From an uncultured virus (IMG/VR IMGVR_UViG_3300037963_003836) (Duplodnaviria; Heunggongvirae; Uroviricota; Caudoviricetes), in IMG/VR virus record IMGVR_UViG_3300037963_003836: a DNA stretch of 20,000 nt, one strand, 5' to 3'. Positions 15,143 through 20,000 of this stretch are shown piece after piece. Under the pieces are notes generated by a model, which was not told the DNA's origin, did no database searches, and saw nothing but the letters and a program-made list of their open reading frames with translations. Position numbers and translations under genes: made by a program. The number at the start of each line of letters is the position of its first letter. The stretch's first letter is position 1.

Positions 15143-15206
15143 AGTGTTCGTTTTCATAATATTCGTCATCATCGAAGTCAATACTTCGAATATCAATCTT
15201 ACCCAT
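15006..15206 (-). CDS. Small acidic/basic, probably disordered protein
   Basis: MGKIDIRSIDFDDDEYYENEHYENIKRKRRKK...; start overlaps the end of the upstream gene. Confidence 0.5.
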   Translation of the reverse strand: MGKIDIRSIDFDDDEYYENEHYENIKRKRRKKNNNDKDFLEFQGESRRGRESDSYITQRTKGRSRR

Positions 15207-15444
15207 TTTTAATTACCTTTAAATTTTTGATTTTATCTAAGAATTGTTCTACAGAATAATTTTTGTTTTGTTCGTCTTTTATTGTCACTTGTTCTAAAGT
15301 GTCAGGATACTTTTCTACCAATCTAATAAGGATTTCAAATCCCTCTTCAGTCCAAAAGTTTTTGAATGAAATCTCACCTAAGATGTTTGTTGAATAGTCA
15401 ACATCTTCTTCTGAATCCTCTGGCAGTAGTATGAAGTATCTCAT
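15199..15444 (-). CDS. Hypothetical protein
   Basis: ATGA coupling to the upstream glycosyltransferase; globular composition. Confidence 0.65.
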   Translation of the reverse strand: MRYFILLPEDSEEDVDYSTNILGEISFKNFWTEEGFEILIRLVEKYPDTLEQVTIKDEQNKNYSVEQFLDKIKNLKVIKNG

Positions 15445-16619
15445 AGATTTATCAACTCACTTTCGTAGTATTTTATTTTATTAACCTTTATATTAAATAT
15501 GTCTAATTCAAACTCTCCGATTTCAATTTCGTTAGAATCAAAGATTTCTGCCCACTTTTGGATGTATGTAAATGATTGATTTGAAAGTCTATTTGCGTCA
15601 AAACTTATCTCAATATCTGAATCAATATCTACATTTATTCTTTTAGTTAAATCAAACTGAGTATTTGGTTGTTCCAATTTTATATAACTCTCAATGATAT
15701 CTTTTGGTAAATCTGTAACAATTCTATCACACCAAGGTTCTAAAATATTTAACATTTGTGAATTACAGTTCTCTACATTAAACTGAATATCGTATTTATG
15801 TGGAATTTGAGGTAACATAAATTCATCATGTTTTACAAAATGACCCCATTTTCTGATAAAATTCCTTGTTGACCTCTGATTTTGTTTTAACCATTCATCT
15901 GATTCTTTACCTACTTCAGTTAATGTTGGATTGAATCTTGACCCTCTACAAGTCATGTGATATACAAACCCGTCCCAAACTTGAATCAAATCATATCCAT
16001 TTAGTAAAAATCTGTTAAATATATCAGAGTCCTCTTTTGATTGTGGTGCATACAAAGGGTCGTGTCCACCGATTGATGTAAAGTCTTCTTTATATAAAAA
16101 CCAAGGTGCGAATATACCTTTTGTAATTTTATCTTTGTTTGTAAACTTAGGAATCTCTACAAGAAGTTCTTCTTCTAAGAAATCCTCGGGTTCAGTTTTA
16201 CCATCCCAAAGAATCTTTTCAGGACCATCAGGATGTAATGGTGGTTCGATACGAGTCCAAGATACTACTGTTTTTGGTTTTAGATTCTTTATCAATGATT
16301 CTAATGCGCCTGGACAAAGATACATATCTGCGTGATAGATTCCAACCACTTTTGTAGTTGCTACTTCATTAATCAATCTATCATATAAGATTGTATGTCC
16401 TAATCTTGTTGGTCCTTCGTTTCTAATTGCTTTGAAGTTTGGGTCTTCTTTCATTCTTTCTTGACACCATTCCCAAGTTCCATCAGAACTGAAATCATCT
16501 GCTACACAAATATGTGGTTCAGGACCACCATTTTTTCTAATTGATTCATATGACCATTTAAGATACTTTAAATTATCTCTTGATGGTTGAATAAAACTAA
16601 TATCTTTTTTACTTAACAT
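15441..16619 (-). CDS. GT2-family glycosyltransferase with C-terminal extension
   Basis: ISFIQPSRDN, VADDFSSDGT, YHADMY, IGGHDPLYAPQSKEDSD, FVYH. Confidence 0.85.
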   Translation of the reverse strand: MLSKKDISFIQPSRDNLKYLKWSYESIRKNGGPEPHICVADDFSSDGTWEWCQERMKEDPNFKAIRNEGPTRLGHTILYDRLINEVATTKVVGIYHADMYLCPGALESLIKNLKPKTVVSWTRIEPPLHPDGPEKILWDGKTEPEDFLEEELLVEIPKFTNKDKITKGIFAPWFLYKEDFTSIGGHDPLYAPQSKEDSDIFNRFLLNGYDLIQVWDGFVYHMTCRGSRFNPTLTEVGKESDEWLKQNQRSTRNFIRKWGHFVKHDEFMLPQIPHKYDIQFNVENCNSQMLNILEPWCDRIVTDLPKDIIESYIKLEQPNTQFDLTKRINVDIDSDIEISFDANRLSNQSFTYIQKWAEIFDSNEIEIGEFELDIFNIKVNKIKYYESELINL

Positions 16620-17437
16620 AATATACTACTTTTTACTTTACTGATTAAATCATCGTATGTTTGTACAGGCCATATTGCCTGACTTGATAGTTTAGGGAAG
16701 AATCTTCTATATGCGTAATGTTTTACCTCGTAACCCTCGACACCATAAATAATACCTCTTCCACCAAAATACGCACTCAAGGCAGAGTTACCACCTTGAG
16801 TTGATATAAAGTGATTACAATTTGACATTACTGCCATTTGTGTGGTGTTGTAATCTAAGTCATATTCTTCTGCGTAATTTTGCATGGTCGGAATACTCAT
16901 CTCTCTTACCAATTCTCTATCTCCGAATTTCTCTTGTAGTGTATCATCATTTACTATGTCGTTTACATTTGGTCTATTGTAAACAATATTAAATTTATCT
17001 TTACATAATTCAAATATCTGTCTTAGTACATCGACACTAAGATAGTTTACAGGACCACGTCCCCATTCATTTTGAATTTTATTTGAAACGACTAAAAATG
17101 GTTTATCTGTTTTTATTTGGAATTGTTCTAAATAATATGATTTCAAATCAGGTGGTGACCATTTGTCTTCCCACATTAGTTTATCACCAACAACAGGTTT
17201 TGAAAAAACACCTGCTACATGATTATGTGGTCTGTAGTAAGATTCACCATCAATGTCTAATTGAAAAAAACTATGTCTATTACTATATTTTTCAGTTACT
17301 TTTATATTTGGATATAATATAGAGGAACCTTTAGATGATATGACTTCAACATCATGTCCCTGTTCTTTATACCAATTTACTAAAGGTAATCCTGCGAACA
17401 ACTCGTAACCAAATTCACCACTAATTTCAAACTTCAT
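16613..17437 (-). CDS. Putative glycosyltransferase-like protein (GT-B-like, uncertain)
   Basis: Located in the glycosylation cluster; GEFGYEL N-terminus and MSNCNHFISTQGGNSALSAYFG resemble GT9-type C-terminal motifs. Confidence 0.4.
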   Translation of the reverse strand: MKFEISGEFGYELFAGLPLVNWYKEQGHDVEVISSKGSSILYPNIKVTEKYSNRHSFFQLDIDGESYYRPHNHVAGVFSKPVVGDKLMWEDKWSPPDLKSYYLEQFQIKTDKPFLVVSNKIQNEWGRGPVNYLSVDVLRQIFELCKDKFNIVYNRPNVNDIVNDDTLQEKFGDRELVREMSIPTMQNYAEEYDLDYNTTQMAVMSNCNHFISTQGGNSALSAYFGGRGIIYGVEGYEVKHYAYRRFFPKLSSQAIWPVQTYDDLISKVKSSILC

Positions 17438-18299
17438 ATAATCCTTTTATATAACTTTCTAATCTATCTTTTGGAAACCATTTTAATAATTTCAATGCTT
17501 CATCAGACTCTCTGAGTGTTTCTCTGTAATTTCCATATTGGTCATCAATGTATTCTTTTTTACATCCACTATATTTTACAAACATATCTGCTACCTGATT
17601 GATTGAGTAATTCATACCCGTTCCTAATTCCCACGCGTCTAATATGTCTAATGAAGTTTTTACAGTTTGTAGTTCTAATAATGCGTCAACAATATCGTGT
17701 ACATGAGTAAAGTCTCTTCTTTGTTCACCATCACCAACAATTGTAATCGGTTGGTTATCTCTAATTTGTCTTCTCCAAATACCAATCACGGCTGCCCAAT
17801 CACCTTCGATAACTTCATGTGGTCCATAAACATTATAGAATCTACAAATCTCAATATCCATATTGTAAGTTCTTTTGTACATTTTACAAATCTCTTCACC
17901 AAGATACTTACAAGTTGCATATGGTGATTGATATGGGTCATGATGTTTTGAAGATGAACCTGCGTAAATTACTTTTGTATTTGTCTTTCTTGCGAACTCC
18001 AAAATCTTCTGAGTACCACCTGTGTTTACATTGAATGTATGTGTTGGATTCTTAAAAGATGGTTGGATTCTTGACAAACCTGCTAAATGATAAATTAAAT
18101 CAAACTCTGAAAACTCAAGTTCGTGATACCTGTCAAAGTCTACAACAGACATTTCTACATATTTACAACCTTCTACATGATTTTCTTTATCTCCTGTAGA
18201 ATAGTCATCGACTGATACTACGTCATGTCCGTTTGTAACTAATCTTTTAATTAGATTTGTACCAACAAATCCTGCTCCACCTGTAACTAATATTCTCAT
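17427..18299 (-). CDS. NAD-dependent nucleotide-sugar epimerase/dehydratase (extended SDR)
   Basis: ILVTGGAGFVG, HLAG, YAGSSS, catalytic YATCK, RFYNVYGP, GDGEQRRDFTHV. Confidence 0.92.
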   Translation of the reverse strand: MRILVTGGAGFVGTNLIKRLVTNGHDVVSVDDYSTGDKENHVEGCKYVEMSVVDFDRYHELEFSEFDLIYHLAGLSRIQPSFKNPTHTFNVNTGGTQKILEFARKTNTKVIYAGSSSKHHDPYQSPYATCKYLGEEICKMYKRTYNMDIEICRFYNVYGPHEVIEGDWAAVIGIWRRQIRDNQPITIVGDGEQRRDFTHVHDIVDALLELQTVKTSLDILDAWELGTGMNYSINQVADMFVKYSGCKKEYIDDQYGNYRETLRESDEALKLLKWFPKDRLESYIKGLYEV

Positions 18300-19195
18300 A
18301 ATAATGGTATCCTATTTGGGTTACTTGTTCCTTCTATTGGTTTTACAAAAGTTTGGTCATCGTGTTCAGGTAATCTACCCCACTTATTAATAAACTTTCT
18401 TGCGTTGTTTGATTCTGATTCTTGTTGTCTTTTTGATTTGGAATTCAATATATCTTTTGCTTCATCTCTAAAATGAGAACCTCTTGCTGAAAAATGATAT
18501 ACAACTGACTTGGATGACATAATAAACTTGTACCCTTCTAATTGCATTCTAATAAACAAATCCATATCATCGTATGACGCGGGTGCGAATAGTGGGTCGT
18601 TACCACCAATCCAAACATAGTCTTCTTTTTTACAGAAGAATCCTGCACCACCACCTTTTCTTACACGAGTCTCATCCATTGATGAAAGTTTCTGAGACCA
18701 ATCATCAAACCACTCCTTATCAAAGTTATGATGGAATTCACCAAACTCATCAGTTGATACAAATACAGTTCCTGGCCTATAATCAGGGTCATTTGGAAAT
18801 ATCTTAGGTTGGATTCTAAATGATGACGCGATGATTCTATCAACCCCATCACCCTCTTCTATAATCTTTTGTAACTCTATATCTTGATTTGGTGATATCC
18901 ACATATCAGAGTGGATTATGTTTACATACTCGGTTTCTGATTTGTCAACACAAAAGTCCATACCACCACCAATTCCTCTTGGTGTATCGTTATGTTCTAT
19001 AAAACCTTTTAGATTCTTATCCTCTTGCATTAGATTAAGTAACCACTCATCTGTACCATCAGTACAATTCTCTGCGTGAATCACAATCGGTTGGTCCTTG
19101 TAATATGCATTCTTTCTTACGGATTCGTAAGCAAGTTTTACATAATCAAGATTATTGTTTGTAGATATACAAGTTGTTACAGGACTTCTTTCCAT
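18296..19195 (-). CDS. GT2-family glycosyltransferase (paralog of 15441-16619)
   Basis: ENCTDGT, IHSDMW, IGGNDPLFAPASYDDMD, VVYHFSARGSHF, KFINKWG. Confidence 0.85.
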   Translation of the reverse strand: MERSPVTTCISTNNNLDYVKLAYESVRKNAYYKDQPIVIHAENCTDGTDEWLLNLMQEDKNLKGFIEHNDTPRGIGGGMDFCVDKSETEYVNIIHSDMWISPNQDIELQKIIEEGDGVDRIIASSFRIQPKIFPNDPDYRPGTVFVSTDEFGEFHHNFDKEWFDDWSQKLSSMDETRVRKGGGAGFFCKKEDYVWIGGNDPLFAPASYDDMDLFIRMQLEGYKFIMSSKSVVYHFSARGSHFRDEAKDILNSKSKRQQESESNNARKFINKWGRLPEHDDQTFVKPIEGTSNPNRIPLL

Positions 19196-20000
19196 ACGTC
19201 TTTCCAATTAAAGTTTCTTCCTTGTTTCATAAAGTTATACGCGTTCAACTTTGACATTTCACTCGCTACTTTATACCAATCATTTGATTTTCTTTGTTCA
19301 TTAATATCACTCCCGACTTCATCCTGTACATATTTTCTCTTTCTTGGGTGTTCTCTATTATGAACTAACAATATATTCTTTACAATATACAAAGGAATTT
19401 GGTTATTTCCAAATAAAGTTAACATTTTATTCATCAATGCTGTGTCTTCATGGGTAAAAAATACACATTTTGGTATATTTACTCCACTTCTTACAAGTTC
19501 TGATGACATTACTAACCCACAACCATTGAATTTATAGTTGTAAGTTGATTCTATATGTGGTGATTCAGTATCAGAGTTTATCTCTTCCATTTTATCATAA
19601 TCCATATAACATCTCGTTCCATACCACGCGTGTGCGTCTCTTGGTAAATCAGTGAGTTTTGGATGTTCTAATGGTTTCCACGAATCGTCCCACATTTTAC
19701 AAGTAGAAAAGAATCCTAAATACTTTGGAGTTTGTTCTTTTACTGCTTCATGTAATGATAACATGGTTTCAATCGCCTGTGATGGTACTAACATATCAGA
19801 TTCACCCCAAAACAATACATCTACAAGTTCACAATACTTTTCGTTAAAATCTCTTCTGTAATCTGCGATTGTATATAAGTCTTTAGTTATATCGTAGTCC
19901 AACTTATACCCATCGTTTATTAAACTATCACATACTCTTATGAATTCTTTTTTTATGTCGTACAAATCCTTAGTGGATTTTTCTAAATCCTGATTTGTTA
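19177..20000 (-). CDS. Putative GT-A-fold glycosyltransferase, 5'-truncated
   Basis: Frame is open to the window end (TNQDLEKSTKDLYD...); WGESD DxD-like motif, NGCGLVMS, HEDTA, LVHNR. Confidence 0.55.
   Translation of the reverse strand, partial: TNQDLEKSTKDLYDIKKEFIRVCDSLINDGYKLDYDITKDLYTIADYRRDFNEKYCELVDVLFWGESDMLVPSQAIETMLSLHEAVKEQTPKYLGFFSTCKMWDDSWKPLEHPKLTDLPRDAHAWYGTRCYMDYDKMEEINSDTESPHIESTYNYKFNGCGLVMSSELVRSGVNIPKCVFFTHEDTALMNKMLTLFGNNQIPLYIVKNILLVHNREHPRKRKYVQDEVGSDINEQRKSNDWYKVASEMSKLNAYNFMKQGRNFNWKDVWKEVL

Noticed and set aside
672..19861. Plus-strand ORFs in the supplied track
   Set aside because: Short antisense shadows of well-supported minus-strand genes with no recognisable motifs

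Overview
AT-rich, gene-dense window in which every credible gene lies on the minus strand with tight or overlapping junctions. It reads as part of a large tailed-phage genome. A Bacteroidota-like host is inferred from Q-rule signal peptides, a C-EKEE lipoprotein, a Bacteroidota-style ClpS and TTTG-anchored promoters. In transcription order (right to left) it holds: (1) a glycosyltransferase/epimerase cluster; (2) an amidase endolysin and putative holin, followed by a cell-envelope cassette with a predicted outer-membrane beta-barrel, TM/coiled-coil proteins, a secreted CxxC-less thioredoxin fold and lipoproteins; (3) proteins with I/L-x-E motifs suggesting capsid packaging and prohead-protease processing; (4) a UVR-motif/ClpS pair; (5) 2OG-Fe(II) oxygenases and a sulfotransferase; (6) a probable early island (two HExxH proteins, an LPD29-like protein, Zn-finger proteins) behind a duplicated 72-bp promoter with 11-bp-phased TTAACA repeats; (7) a DXD glycosyltransferase and a truncated PhyH-like gene. 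I found five ORFs missing from the supplied track, a recurrent TATTTAT promoter motif and a candidate pseudoknot/terminator RNA. No tRNA, rRNA, CRISPR array or transposase was seen. All family calls come from motif recognition by eye, not database searches.
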